A DNA stretch of 49,656 bases from Stramenopiles sp. TOSAG23-2 (lineage: Eukaryota), in NCBI GenBank assembly GCA_900128395.1, contig LT649271.1, positions 1-49,656 on the forward strand, written 5' to 3'. The notes beneath the pieces are model-generated. The model was given only the letters and a program-made list of their open reading frames with translations. It ran no database searches and was not told where the DNA came from. Numbering within the stretch: the first letter of the stretch is position 1; every line of letters begins with the position of its first letter. This document shows positions 36,032 to 48,152 of this stretch, one piece after another. Made by a program: the position numbers and the translations under genes.

Positions 36032-39000
36032 TCATTGCAATCCAAATCCACTTGCATTTTCAATTGCAACTAATAATAGTCGCTTTAATTTTAATTTACT
36101 ATCATACTCTGGCAAAAGTAATGTGTTGAAACAAGTTGCACTGGTTGGAAGTGACACTTTATCTGGCCCATTTCGTTGTATCTTAAATTTAGGCTCGAGA
36201 TTTTTTAAACCACCAATAGGTGCACGATCAGCACCAGTACAAAATCGTAAAAACTTTTTCTTTTGCTCAAAATCGAAATTATGTAAAACTTCCCATAGTT
36301 TCTTAATATATGGATGTTCTTTACTAAAACCACCTTCGTATGTAGAATGTTCCTCAAGTTGCTTAAAATCCAACTCTATCTCTCCTTCTACTAAGCCTTC
36401 TAATTCTTTTGGCGTAAATAAATGCAATGCCTTTCCATCAACAACTTTTAAGAATCCCGTTGCAAAATGTTCAAATTGATCTTTAATTGAATCATGTAAA
36501 ATAAATTGAACATATTTATCTATATACTCGTGTTTATTGTCGCTTGTCACAGATATATTCGCACCATTTTCAATTAAGTCATGTTTTACTTCAACGCCCA
36601 AATTTGTTTTGTATGTAACTTCAAAGCATAAACAAAAAATATCTTCAACATCGTCCCCATCGTAATCACGCAATTGTTTCAAACCATTGTATATAAATTT
36701 GTCAATTGTCTTTAAATCATGTAATGAAAAATCATCGAACCCTAATAATTTTTTATACACAATTTGAGGGAAATGCAAATCAAGTATAACACTGTTATAC
36801 ACTGCTAATCCTGCTAATAAACCAACTAAATAATAAACATCTTTTCCTTCTACTTCATTTAAATTTTCGTCTTCGCTATCGATTTTGCCAACACTGGTAA
36901 ACCAGAAACAGCTATCATCACCAACAACTTTCCAATGTCCGAAATTCGGATCAAATAGTTTCTCTGTCAATAAGGAAAAATATTCACGTTTCACACCACC
37001 TGCGTCAACACCATCTTCTCGATAGAATTTCACCTTCAATGGTTTGCGCAGATCTTCATCTCTTAACTTGCCCGCTATCGATATGCTATCTTCCATGATA
37101 TGGCTACGACGTATTTGTATTCCTAAAAACTTAGTTTCGAGTTGCATGTTTCTCATTGAACGCACCATTGCATTTTGCATTGCATCATGCATCCTCAAAT
37201 TAGATTCAACAAATAAAATTCGACGTTTAACATTTGGATTTAATAAAAAACTGTATTTACAAAACGTAAAAGTTGATCCATGCCCTTGTTCATCTGTAAC
37301 CCAAGACCAATAATCTTTTGCAAAATATTGATATGATAATTTTGCTGTAAAATCTGTATAAAATATATGATCTTCTATCATTGCACCATCATTAGCATCA
37401 TCTATTGAAGATTTAGCTTTATGTAAACATGATAAAAATTCAACAATGCCTAATGCCACACCGTCTTTGTCTACGGCACTTCGCCCTTGTATTTTCATCT
37501 CGTTGGAAAACAACCATACCAATTGTTTAATTTGTACTTCAACAATGTCCTTAGGGATATTTTGGATAAAACTCTCTGCTAACACTTTCAACGCTAATGG
37601 TTTCATTTTAACAAAAAGGTGGCAAATTTTCAAATATTGATTTGACCATTTATTGCCTACGGTTCTATTCATATACAATGGATTTAATAGCAATATAACT
37701 ATACAACGTACTTCCTGTAATTTATTTGCATTATTAATCACATCTTCAATGCGTAATAAGCCGTTGTGTGTAGCATTGTAAATAGTATTTTCGATTTCAA
37801 TGTTTTTGGAATATGTTTCATATAATTCTTTAATATCGCTATAATTTATGGTTGATTTTCTATTGATGAAACAAACATTCAAAGCAGCTGGATTTGAAAA
37901 TAATTCTAACATTTGCTGTATAGCTGCTTCAAAACTATTAGATCTACTGCAATTTCTTGCTACAATCCGAAAGTAGGACAAATTCAATGCCTGTACTAAT
38001 TTTCGTTTCGGTATCATTGAATCCGATCTTTTGGCTCTATTTACAGGTTTATTATTTGTTCTAGCATCAGTAGTATCGCCAGAAAATAAGCCCAATATGC
38101 TTTTCGCGCTATTTTGCGATGACGGGTGGCAAATGATGTACTTTTTGTCGCCTCCAGCTGCAATTTCTGCCACGTTGCCCTTAATTTTAAGTTTTCCATT
38201 ATCAACACCTAAACAATATACATTACCACTCTCTGTTGCAACAATTGATTCTTTATTGTTGCATGTTACATGCGTAAATTTTAATGTTGAATCGTTGCTG
38301 TCATTGCTTTTATCTAGTGCATCTAAATTTAACAATGTTGGTACTTTCAGACACTGTTGAAATTTTCCAACACTGTTTGATAATGCTAATTGAGAGTAAA
38401 TATTGCTGCCACATCCATATAGTTTGCCACGCTCCGTTACAAAACAAGAATGATAAGACCCGGCACTAACTACAACTACCTTATCAGCTAGCTTCTCCAA
38501 TTCCAATTTAAATCTTTTCAACAAGCATGGATACGATTTATAAGTTAAATTGGATAAACTATGTTCCTGAGTCAAACCCAACTGTCCATGTGAATTGCTT
38601 CCCCATGTAAAACAACCATTTTTCAATGTAGTAGCAACTACGTGATATTTACCGACATCAATATCAACAACTGCATACATTGTTAACCCAGATACATGTT
38701 CCATTTTAAAACGATTTCTACGTTTTTTATCTCCCAAACCCAATGCACCGCCATAATATTTACCTGCTGACCAAACTTGTCCTAAATTAGTCAATAAAAT
38801 AGTAAAATTATTGCCACATTTAATTTGTACAGGTTGTCCAGCATGTTGTTTTATCATAACTTTATACGGATGGTATATTTCATACGTATCATCCATTCCT
38901 TCATCTCCATCTTCTATCAAATCCTTTCTATTATTTTCTTTTCCATGAGCAAGTTGACCAAACTCATTTGATCCAAACGTTAAAACAACATTTGTAGTTG

Positions 39001-40543
39001 TCAATACTGCGGTGTGATTATATCCACAACTAACTTGGCTTATACGCACAGCGACTAATGATTCGATTAATGATGGCTTTGGCACATATAAAACTCGTTG
39101 TTCTTCTTCAATCATCCTATTCTCAACATCCTTTTGACTCCCATCGTCATTATTTATGGATGGGATAACAGGGCGTGGATAGATCTTTCCAAATTCATAT
39201 TTTTGTACATATATATAATCCTCGTCTAATGTTGCCGCATGGCGTCTGTTCTGGTACAATAACTTTAAATGATTACGTTGAAAGCCTTTTGCTGGATCAG
39301 CTCTGACTGCATGGCACATTCCAGACCATGCTAATTCAGGGACACTACCATTTGTTCGTTTTGCTAACAATTGCATTTCCTTCAGATTAATAAATCCATC
39401 TTTGTCTTCATCAGAACTATCAAATATCAAATCGATCACGTGTGCCTTATTTTTCAATATTATAGTATTTAATTGATGTTTAACACGCACCAATGACAAT
39501 TTTTCGTGTAATTCAAAAAATTGCTCAAATGTTAAACCCTCTTCCTCTGCTACATTTGCTAATTTACATAGCAGTTTATACTTCTCCATGTTACGATTAT
39601 TCATTTTTATAAGTAAGTCGACGCCTACATCAACACCATATAATGAATGCAACATATTCGCAAATCCATTGTAATCAATTTTATTGAGTTTTGATTTCGA
39701 TGTATATATGTTGAAGATTATATATGTATATAACTTCAACTCGTAATCCAATAATTCTTTTTTTCTTCCCCCAATACTTCTACTACTACTACTACTTTGA
39801 TCTGAATCTTTATCCATGCATAAACAATTCATAAAATTATCACCCCAACCATACAATTGACCAGAGCTAGTTAGAGCTACGGTGCGATCGCCAGTCGTTT
39901 CAATTTGAGTTATTGTCGATGGTAATAACATTTCATTGATGTGAGATGTATTACAATCATATTCATAGACAAGAATTTCTGTTTCAGAAGACTCTTTTGA
40001 TATTGGTGTATTACTAAAAAATTGCGATCGATTACCATCCCTTATATCGTTATCATTTATCCGTTCTTCCTCTGGAATTGTATCGATGTTTGTTTGATAA
40101 AATTCATCTAAAAACGTTTCTAATAATATTGAATCTTGTCGTGATATTGGCGGTGCTTGAACTTTACTTAAAAGATTTTTTGTTGAGGAATGTCCGATAT
40201 TAGGATTTGCAAATGTTCCAGAACTACTGATATTCTTATTATTATTAGCTTGAATAGTACTACCATTGTTGTTGCTGGTGTTGTTGTTGCGTTCTAATTT
40301 CGGTGATAGAAATGCATCCCTTCCTGATACATTGCTGCCAATATCATCGTCGCTTACAAAAAAATTGTCCAGCTCTTCATTTAAAAAACTGCTTTGTTGT
40401 CGTGCTAATAATCTTGGTGCTAATAAATTATTTTCCTCTAATGCTTCATTTAACGCATCATTTAAATGATCTTCTGTATTTCTTCGCGCAAGCAACCGTG
40501 GTGGCTGCAGGTCATTATCGTTGTTCGTGTTGTTGTTGTTCAT
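36032..40543 (-). CDS. HERC-type E3 ubiquitin ligase (RCC1 repeats + EF-hands + HECT)
   Basis: RCC1 repeats (VSCGYNHT, FGSNEFGQL, WGSNSHGQLG); HECT (LKVKFYREDGVDAGGVKREYF, LPTSATCFNTLLLPEY); likely ATG at 40543. Confidence 0.93.
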   Translation of the reverse strand: MNNNNTNNDNDLQPPRLLARRNTEDHLNDALNEALEENNLLAPRLLARQQSSFLNEELDNFFVSDDDIGSNVSGRDAFLSPKLERNNNTSNNNGSTIQANNNKNISSSGTFANPNIGHSSTKNLLSKVQAPPISRQDSILLETFLDEFYQTNIDTIPEEERINDNDIRDGNRSQFFSNTPISKESSETEILVYEYDCNTSHINEMLLPSTITQIETTGDRTVALTSSGQLYGWGDNFMNCLCMDKDSDQSSSSSRSIGGRKKELLDYELKLYTYIIFNIYTSKSKLNKIDYNGFANMLHSLYGVDVGVDLLIKMNNRNMEKYKLLCKLANVAEEEGLTFEQFFELHEKLSLVRVKHQLNTIILKNKAHVIDLIFDSSDEDKDGFINLKEMQLLAKRTNGSVPELAWSGMCHAVRADPAKGFQRNHLKLLYQNRRHAATLDEDYIYVQKYEFGKIYPRPVIPSINNDDGSQKDVENRMIEEEQRVLYVPKPSLIESLVAVRISQVSCGYNHTAVLTTTNVVLTFGSNEFGQLAHGKENNRKDLIEDGDEGMDDTYEIYHPYKVMIKQHAGQPVQIKCGNNFTILLTNLGQVWSAGKYYGGALGLGDKKRRNRFKMEHVSGLTMYAVVDIDVGKYHVVATTLKNGCFTWGSNSHGQLGLTQEHSLSNLTYKSYPCLLKRFKLELEKLADKVVVVSAGSYHSCFVTERGKLYGCGSNIYSQLALSNSVGKFQQCLKVPTLLNLDALDKSNDSNDSTLKFTHVTCNNKESIVATESGNVYCLGVDNGKLKIKGNVAEIAAGGDKKYIICHPSSQNSAKSILGLFSGDTTDARTNNKPVNRAKRSDSMIPKRKLVQALNLSYFRIVARNCSRSNSFEAAIQQMLELFSNPAALNVCFINRKSTINYSDIKELYETYSKNIEIENTIYNATHNGLLRIEDVINNANKLQEVRCIVILLLNPLYMNRTVGNKWSNQYLKICHLFVKMKPLALKVLAESFIQNIPKDIVEVQIKQLVWLFSNEMKIQGRSAVDKDGVALGIVEFLSCLHKAKSSIDDANDGAMIEDHIFYTDFTAKLSYQYFAKDYWSWVTDEQGHGSTFTFCKYSFLLNPNVKRRILFVESNLRMHDAMQNAMVRSMRNMQLETKFLGIQIRRSHIMEDSISIAGKLRDEDLRKPLKVKFYREDGVDAGGVKREYFSLLTEKLFDPNFGHWKVVGDDSCFWFTSVGKIDSEDENLNEVEGKDVYYLVGLLAGLAVYNSVILDLHFPQIVYKKLLGFDDFSLHDLKTIDKFIYNGLKQLRDYDGDDVEDIFCLCFEVTYKTNLGVEVKHDLIENGANISVTSDNKHEYIDKYVQFILHDSIKDQFEHFATGFLKVVDGKALHLFTPKELEGLVEGEIELDFKQLEEHSTYEGGFSKEHPYIKKLWEVLHNFDFEQKKKFLRFCTGADRAPIGGLKNLEPKFKIQRNGPDKVSLPTSATCFNTLLLPEYDSKLKLKRLLLVAIENASGFGLQ

Positions 40544-41120
40544 GTCTCTTTTGTACGGTTGTGTATATACATATATATATATCTCAGAATAAGCTGTTAT
40601 GTTTACAATATACGAAGGATTCATGTATTCAATATTAGTCAAAAAAAACCAACATTTGTGCATTTTAAAATTTATATATATACTTGTGCACCTAAAAATC
40701 ACAAAAAGCAAAAAAAATCAATTTTTCGGAAATGTCGTATCTGTAATATTACGAACAACATGTTTGAAGTCCTGGAAATGGAAAATCGGGCGGTAGAAAA
40801 TAGAAAAGAAGAAAAGCCTGGAAAGCACAAAAGAAGAAAAAATCGCTTCAACCACACAATTCATTTATGCAGTTGCTTGTAATACATGTAGCAACTTAAA
40901 CTACATTTATGTATTTATTTAATTAGAACAACAAATATAGAAATGTAAAACTATATATGCACATCATATCAACAAGATTGTCGTCTACAAAACAACCAGT
41001 AACATATATTATATTATATATGTATATATTAGTTTCTTGACATTATATTCATACCACTGTACATATTATATAGGTAGTTGAATAATTCAATCACGCAAAT
41101 ATACTATACAACTACAAAAA

Positions 41121-42032
41121 ATGATCATCAAGAATATTGCTAAATATTTAGATAAAACTTATGTAAAAAATAGATTAACATATGCAATTGTTGAAAATAT
41201 ATTATTATCTGGTTCGTCACAAGATGATAACGCTGTACAGAAAAAATTAAAGCAAGAAGAATTATTTGCACCGAAAATCAAACGGTGGGATGTACGTAGT
41301 TTACCGACTGGTAAAGCAACTGAACATGAAGATATGCCTGGATTATGGATTATTCCTAATGTACTAAATGATTTAGAAGTACAACATGTTAGTGATTTAT
41401 TGAAATACATCACCAAGGGAAATAAAGTTCAAGGTGAAGATAATGTACCTTTTCGAACGGAGGGAAAAGATCAACAATTTTTGGAGTGGTATGAATATCA
41501 TAGCGGGCGTTGGATGTTACCGCTACAGCCTTATCCAAAAGTACAAGATCATATAGCTGAAACGATGTTGTCAAATCTGCATTCTACTAATAATACAAAA
41601 CCTCAGTCATGGCCTAATTTACAACTGTTGTTGGATTCTAAAAATAATAACGAAGAGGACAAGAACACTGCCGCAAACAAATATGCTGAGCAAATTATTA
41701 AAATACAAAATGCAATACAAAATTTAATACCGGATGTAGGAACAGAGCCCTGTTTATTCATTCAAATGCAACGTTTGCAAAGAGGTATTAGAGTCGGCAA
41801 ACATGTGGATGACTTAGTCAAAGGTGGTAAAATTATTTCTACTGCAGTATTACAAGGTGAAAATACTATTCGAGTGGGCCATATTGAGTTTAAAGTTGTT
41901 CCTGGTGATGTGTACGCGCTTAGCAGAACAGCACGATATGACGTACAACATGAAGTTTTGCCTTTCTACGAAGATAGACTGAGTGCAACAATACGTTTTG
42001 GAATACATGGAGATGAAAAGAAAACTTTTTAG
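41121..42032 (+). CDS. AlkB-family 2OG-Fe(II) dioxygenase (ALKBH7-like features)
   Basis: PGLWIIPNVL, KHVD, PGDVYALSRTARYDVQHEV, RLSATIR. Confidence 0.8.
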   Translation: MIIKNIAKYLDKTYVKNRLTYAIVENILLSGSSQDDNAVQKKLKQEELFAPKIKRWDVRSLPTGKATEHEDMPGLWIIPNVLNDLEVQHVSDLLKYITKGNKVQGEDNVPFRTEGKDQQFLEWYEYHSGRWMLPLQPYPKVQDHIAETMLSNLHSTNNTKPQSWPNLQLLLDSKNNNEEDKNTAANKYAEQIIKIQNAIQNLIPDVGTEPCLFIQMQRLQRGIRVGKHVDDLVKGGKIISTAVLQGENTIRVGHIEFKVVPGDVYALSRTARYDVQHEVLPFYEDRLSATIRFGIHGDEKKTF

Positions 42033-42979
42033 TTTTGAAAATTGTTTGTGTAAGTATATCCACTCTGATGTACTAATGCTATGCATATATATATATTATA
42101 TTTAATATATGTGTTTTTCTCTTACTATATATTTATAAATATATATTTAATTATAGTACCTAATAAATCATAATTTGAACAATTTGATATGATGATATAT
42201 AAAAGTTAAGGGATTTAACTCGATTGAGCTCTTTGCTCCTGACGATGACGTACTTTTTCTGATCACTTTTCATTTTATGAAACTATGCACACATTTTTTA
42301 GAAACTCTAAAATAGGTTCACTAACTCTGCTTCTTTTTACGTACAGTACGCCATCATAAACATATATATATTATATATATATATATAGAAGGATAGAAAC
42401 CTATCATACTCATGCTTGTATCATAGAGTATGATACGAGATATTAGAGTGCAGGCGTGCATTAGAGCTTTTACTAATAGTAGGATTGACTATATTTCTAA
42501 GATAGAGTATTGAGCATAATATTTACGAGATGTAAAACTATGATATTTATAAACATTATATGATATAGATTTGAATCTAAATATTATCAGATATCTATGA
42601 TAGATGATATAAAAAAATACAGATTAATTAAAGGATGTGACTTACAACTTTACGAGGGAGTATCATACCTTTTTCACCTAAACTCTGAATCACAGACAGA
42701 GGAAGACTCTTTTGAATACTAAAATACGAAGTAATTTACACTGTGTTTATATTAATAAATGAGCATTTAAATCATTTTTGATTTGAGATGTTAACTTCCG
42801 GGAGTAAAAGAAATTTTAAATATTACGAAGCGTAATATATGAGTATGATAAGAGAAATAATATATTCTAGATATCATATCATAATATCATAATGATGTAT
42901 GATACACATGCCACTTTTACACCACCACATATGCGTATATTTCAAAATGCCACATCTCTTCATCTATCATACGAAAGTT

Positions 42980-45900
42980 TTATGCATTACCAATTGAACT
43001 TCCCACAACATTAGATGTAAATTGTACGAATAAATTGTACGCATTTTGTTTTCCAATAACAGGAAGTACAATCATCTTCTTCGCCAAAGCTGATGAAATG
43101 CAAGGTAAAACTGTATTTTGTCGAGAAGCAGGATCCGCTACGGCCAATAATCGTTCCCAGCTTACCCTTATCAATCTCATAGTATCTACAAAATTACTCG
43201 TTGAGGTTATCTTCTTCTCCGTTCGTTGAAGATATATCTCAAATGCCATGTCAGATAATCGCTTTAATTTATACCGGTTCTTGTACCTTTCACAAATTTC
43301 GTCTGATTTATCAAAGAAATCTTTCACCGTTGAAATCTGTATTTTGGGAACAATCCGTTTTAAAATATTTGCCCAAGTACACCATTCAGTATTTTCTTTC
43401 ATTGCACTTTCCTGTAGGAATACATCTATTGACGATTCATCCATCATGCTCCCCCCTTTATTTTCACTTGAATTAATACCTCTAGCGATATGATTTGAAG
43501 CATTCAATTTCGTCGGCCTTGTTATTGTAAGGTTCGTAAGTGACCTAGAGCCCTCTTGAGGTTTTGGCCTAAGTGGCTTAAGTTTTTGTTTTTTATTTTT
43601 GGAAACAGCATTGGCGGTATTTGTGGTATCTGTATCGATATTTTCTCCATGTTGAGATACTTTTATCTGAGTATTATTGCTACCACCGATGAAATCATCG
43701 GAAGAACCATTTACTGTTTTTCGTTTTTTTTGGATGATCTTAATCCATTGTTTCTTCTTTTCCTCTTTATCAAAGCCATTGCAGTGTCCGTTGGAGTCTC
43801 CTTCATTATTGCGCTGCTGGATTTTTTCTCGATTTAGCGACGCTTTGGTAAAGTCCCTTGCCTTTTGTTTCAATTTTTCTTTTTCATATACTTCTTTGAC
43901 TTTTAAAAACTCATGAATTGTTGCAATTTTTTTTTCGGCCTGTTCCTGCGTTTGTTTTGCCTCCTGCTCGTTGTCCAGCTGTTTTACTTTTTCATTGTAT
44001 TCTGCAAGCTGTTCCCTGAATTTCTCAAGATATTTCTCTTTCTGGTTCTTTGGTATTTCGCATTTCCACATATGATACATTTTCCTTGTAATATCTCCAG
44101 ATTTTAAGTCTGGGAACTTAGCTGTCAGTAGTTTCCGCTGGTTCGTCAATCGTATCCAAGTATTCATTGCATTGACTGGCCTTTTTAGTTGAGGATAGCG
44201 AGGCTTTTTCCTTTTTCTCCTAACTGGTTTCTTCAATTTTTGTTTGTTACCAGCTACATTATTCTTATTTATCTTCTTTGATATATTTACATTGGTTATC
44301 GATGGAGAGCTACGATTCGTCCTATTCAAATATGGTTTCAAATTTCTTGGATTCACAATAATTGAAAATACACGGTCCTCTTTTTTTCGTGAATTTTGCT
44401 TTTGCTGCTGTAAACCATTTTTAAATGAATCGAATTTAAATGCCGTTTCTTGTCCAAGCAATAAATATGTTCTTTGAAAGCACTGTAGGGGTGAACGGAA
44501 ATCAAACAAACGTGCCACGTGAATCCATGAACCGGCTGTATTTTTTCCAATAAAACTTACAAGAGCCTCATCTTCTTCATTTGACCAATTTAGGGTATTT
44601 GCATTGCATTTACGTGTATATTCTGCAATATCTTCAGTAACGTCTGGCATATAATGTAATGTGTAGATGAATATAAGTGGTTAGAAGATAATCATCGAGA
44701 TATTAAAAGGTTTAGGTTAGGATAATTACTAAAACAAAGTTCTTCCCGTTGTGTACATTACTTACCATCTTTCAATGTAACACTTCTAATAAATGGAACC
44801 AACTGCTGCTCGGCATTTCTTTTTTTAATATGTCTTATTTTGAATCCTAATGCATCGGCGCGTTTAAATAATTGTTGATAAGGCTCATTAGGAAATTCTT
44901 TCTGGAGTTCTTCATAGGATATCACTGGTCGCGCTAAAAGAAGGAATAACTTAAAGTCATCTTCAGACAATGTTTTCACAGCGTCATGGAATATGAAGCT
45001 GGTATGACTTTTGATTACTGGAACTTGTACACGACGCTTTGATGCTAATGCCTGCTTTCTTTCAACTGCATGCCTAGTCATGAAGTCCACATGCAGTTTC
45101 AACATCATGCTATTGGATGTAGTATTATATTTTTTAAGTGTTTCTGTTTTTTCTTTTCGACCATGTTTTTTCTTCCTCACATTACCATTTGCTGATCTTT
45201 TTTTTACATACATAGTTGGCTTACTTGATGGTATTGCATACTGATTACCAAATCCAGGTATATTCAACACATCAAAATGGTATTCATCGGAGGGGCTATT
45301 CATTGCATTTATATCGTTCTTGCAAATTTTATCGCTACTTTGAGTGTTATTTGTACTAGCCATTCTTGTTGTTATTGCTGTTCCTGTTGTCATAGCTGTG
45401 TGCTTATTGTTCCTTTTTGTTAATGGTTTTGTAAACAAGTAAACATTATTTTCGTGATAATCATCATTACCATGAGTATTATTAAGAAGGATATTAATTT
45501 CCTCATCATCATTATTACTACTTTCGAACTTTTCCATCTCATATTCTTTTTGCTTTAAATTGTCTACTTTATCAAATTCAGATTCCGATTCAACATGTCC
45601 TTTGTTCACATCAATAATTTTAAATCTTGCTGGAAACATCGCTCCACCCCAGTTTAAATTTAAATTTTCAACTCTACGAAAGCATCTTATATTTCCATGT
45701 ACACTCCTAAAAAATATAGCATTTGAAAAGGCATTTTGCACATATATTTCAGGATAATATTCACGAAGCGTTCTACGTTTCGCGTCATCATGCGGTATTG
45801 TTATTGGCACGTTTATCATCTCGTTTGCATCCCATATATCCCATATGCATAAGCTATTTCTGTCCCTTCCACCTCCATTGTCTAAGTAATGGTCTCTTAA

Positions 45901-47277
45901 GCCAATCAAATAACTTGTTTTACTTTTAGTATCATGCATTATTTTACCACAATGAAAATGATTATACTGACCCAATTTTTTACTGAAAAATAGAACAGGC
46001 TTTTCATTTGGCTTATCTGGATTTATGAAATAAAAGCCAATATGACATGAAACGAAAATGCGGTTTTCGGATTGAAGCCATTGAAATTGAAAACCTAAAT
46101 TATTCAATCGAGTTTGAGACGCTACGGAAAGTTCATCTGGAAATGTAATTGCAACTGAATTAAATGCCGTTTTCTTCAAATTATAAATTAACATATGCTG
46201 GAACTTTGGTTGGCTTTTAAAGTGATCGTCACCGTTTCTTATAAAAAACGCAATATCTTGGTAATCATTAATATATATTGCTGATAAAGCTTGATACTCG
46301 TCTATCAATTCTTTGGCTTTTTTGCTTTTTAAATCAAATAAAATTATTTTTCGTTGTTCACTTACTATTATTTTATTAGTAGATAAAGAAGAATTATTTC
46401 CACCATTATCAAATACCATTTTGACTTCAATCTCTTTTTTTTTAGGTTTCTTATCATTGTTCTCGACTTCCAGATTTATCTTTTCATTATTATTATTATT
46501 ATTACTACCTTCCATATTCGTTGGCCAAACACTAATACGAGGAGTGTTGTTGTTGTTGTTGTTGTTGTTGCTGCTGCTGCTGCTGCTGCTTCCTTTCTTA
46601 ATAATTTTTCTAGCAGCACCGTTCGCTATGCGATTATTTTTATCAACACTGGGTGTGACAATTTTCTTATTGTGTCCAGCATTCTTCTTCTTCTTATAAT
46701 TATTATTATTATTACACTTGATTGTTATCAATAAATTATCTACATCTTTTGGGGAGCATACCAAGTCCACGATCATGAATCCATTATCTTTTTGAATAAT
46801 TTCGTGACTTGCTGGGTTTAAACTAGGTGAATTGATATCATAGCATAATACAACGCCATTCAGTGTTCCTGCGTATATATATTTCATATCAAAAGACCAA
46901 CACAAACAAGTTATAATTTTTGCAATTTTAGTATTACAAGTTAAATGTTTTATACATACTATACGACCAGTATAGATTTCAAAAATACGTATGATGGTAT
47001 CAGTAGCCGAACTACTTTCATTGTTTCTATTTGACGATTTTCTTTCACTTTTACTCTTTTTTCTCATTCCATTTTTTGACCCTCTAACTTTGCCATAACT
47101 TTCATCATCATCATCTTTTATCGTCAAATCATACCCGACAGCTAAGTATCTTTCGTCTTGTGATAACGCCATTGCATTAATATGTAAACGTCGCCCTTCG
47201 GTGTCTATACCCCCCAATATCCATTTATATTCATGGAGAACCGTAGATAAAACGGCTTGTCCGTCGCCTCTTTCCAT
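42980..47277 (-). CDS. RBBP5/Swd1-like WD40 protein fused to Myb/SANT and HMG-box domains (exons 47277-44766 and 44643-42980; ~1391 aa)
   Basis: WD40 repeats; WGGAMFPARFKIIDVNKGHVESESEFD resembles RBBP5 WSAFAPDFKELDENVEYEERESEFD; Myb WSNEEDEAL..W..VA..RSPLQCFQR; HMG KRPVNA..MW..QKEKY; in-frame intron. Confidence 0.75.
44644..44765 (-). other. Spliceosomal intron (122 bp, phase 1)
   Basis: GATG|GTAAGT donor, CTAAC branch-like site ~35 nt from the 3' end, GCCAG|AC acceptor; G+AC restores Asp in frame. Confidence 0.8.
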
Positions 47278-47740
47278 CTTTTATCTGTGGTTGGATAGTT
47301 TGGGTATGTTATATGAGATATAGTACTGTATGTATCGACTATTTTGCTTTTTAGTCGTCTATTATATTTTTTATCATATTTTATTACTATCATATTAGTA
47401 TTATAAATGTATTTTAATTTATTGGTGTTGTTCATCACTAAAATAATGCATCACATTTTTTTTGGTTTTTTTGTTTTTTTTGCTATCTTTTGATAGACGA
47501 CTGTGAGTATAAATGTACATGCTGGTACGATATGCAATGGTATGCTGATGCTATTAACGAATTTTACCTGGCGTGTGCTGCTGCTGTGTGGCCTTTTTGG
47601 GCACTATCACTTCGTAAAGTCTTATTATACTATCCTCGTAAAGTTGTAATAAGTTAAAGTCGTAAATTTGAGATATTGCGATATTATATTGCAGTCATAT
47701 CTTCTTAATATTGGTATTTTAGTAAGTATAATATTTACAC

Positions 47741-47867
47741 NNNNNNNNNNNNNNNNNNNNNNNNNNNNNNNNNNNNNNNNNNNNNNNNNNNNNNNNNNNN
47801 NNNNNNNNNNNNNNNNNNNNNNNNNNNNNNNNNNNNNNNNNNNNNNNNNNNNNNNNNNNNNNNNNNN
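47741..47867. other. Assembly gap (N run)
   Basis: Run of N characters. Confidence 1.
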
Positions 47868-48152
47868 TTGAAAAGATCTTTCTTGGATCTTTTTTTTTTT
47901 TTTTTGTGTGGTGTTGTAGTAACAACTGTAAAGAAAGTAAATAAACAAAAGATATTTGTAGTAGAAGTTATTTGTAGTAGAAGTAAAAGTGTTTTCGAAT
48001 AATCTTTGTTTGTTGAAATTAGAGCATAAAAATTAATACGTCTTTATAGTAAACATAAAAATACGAGATAGAAACTTTTCTTTTAATACACTATTCAAAA
48101 TATAACTTCATTTACGTAAGAACATTAGTTATTATTATTTATATCATACATT

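Noticed and set aside
44705-44722. Telomere-like AGGTTTAGGTTAGG
   Set aside because: Too short and degenerate; lies inside the predicted intron, where the complement supplies a CTAAC-type motif
47625-47948. ORFs spanning the N gap
   Set aside because: Open only because N codons contain no stops
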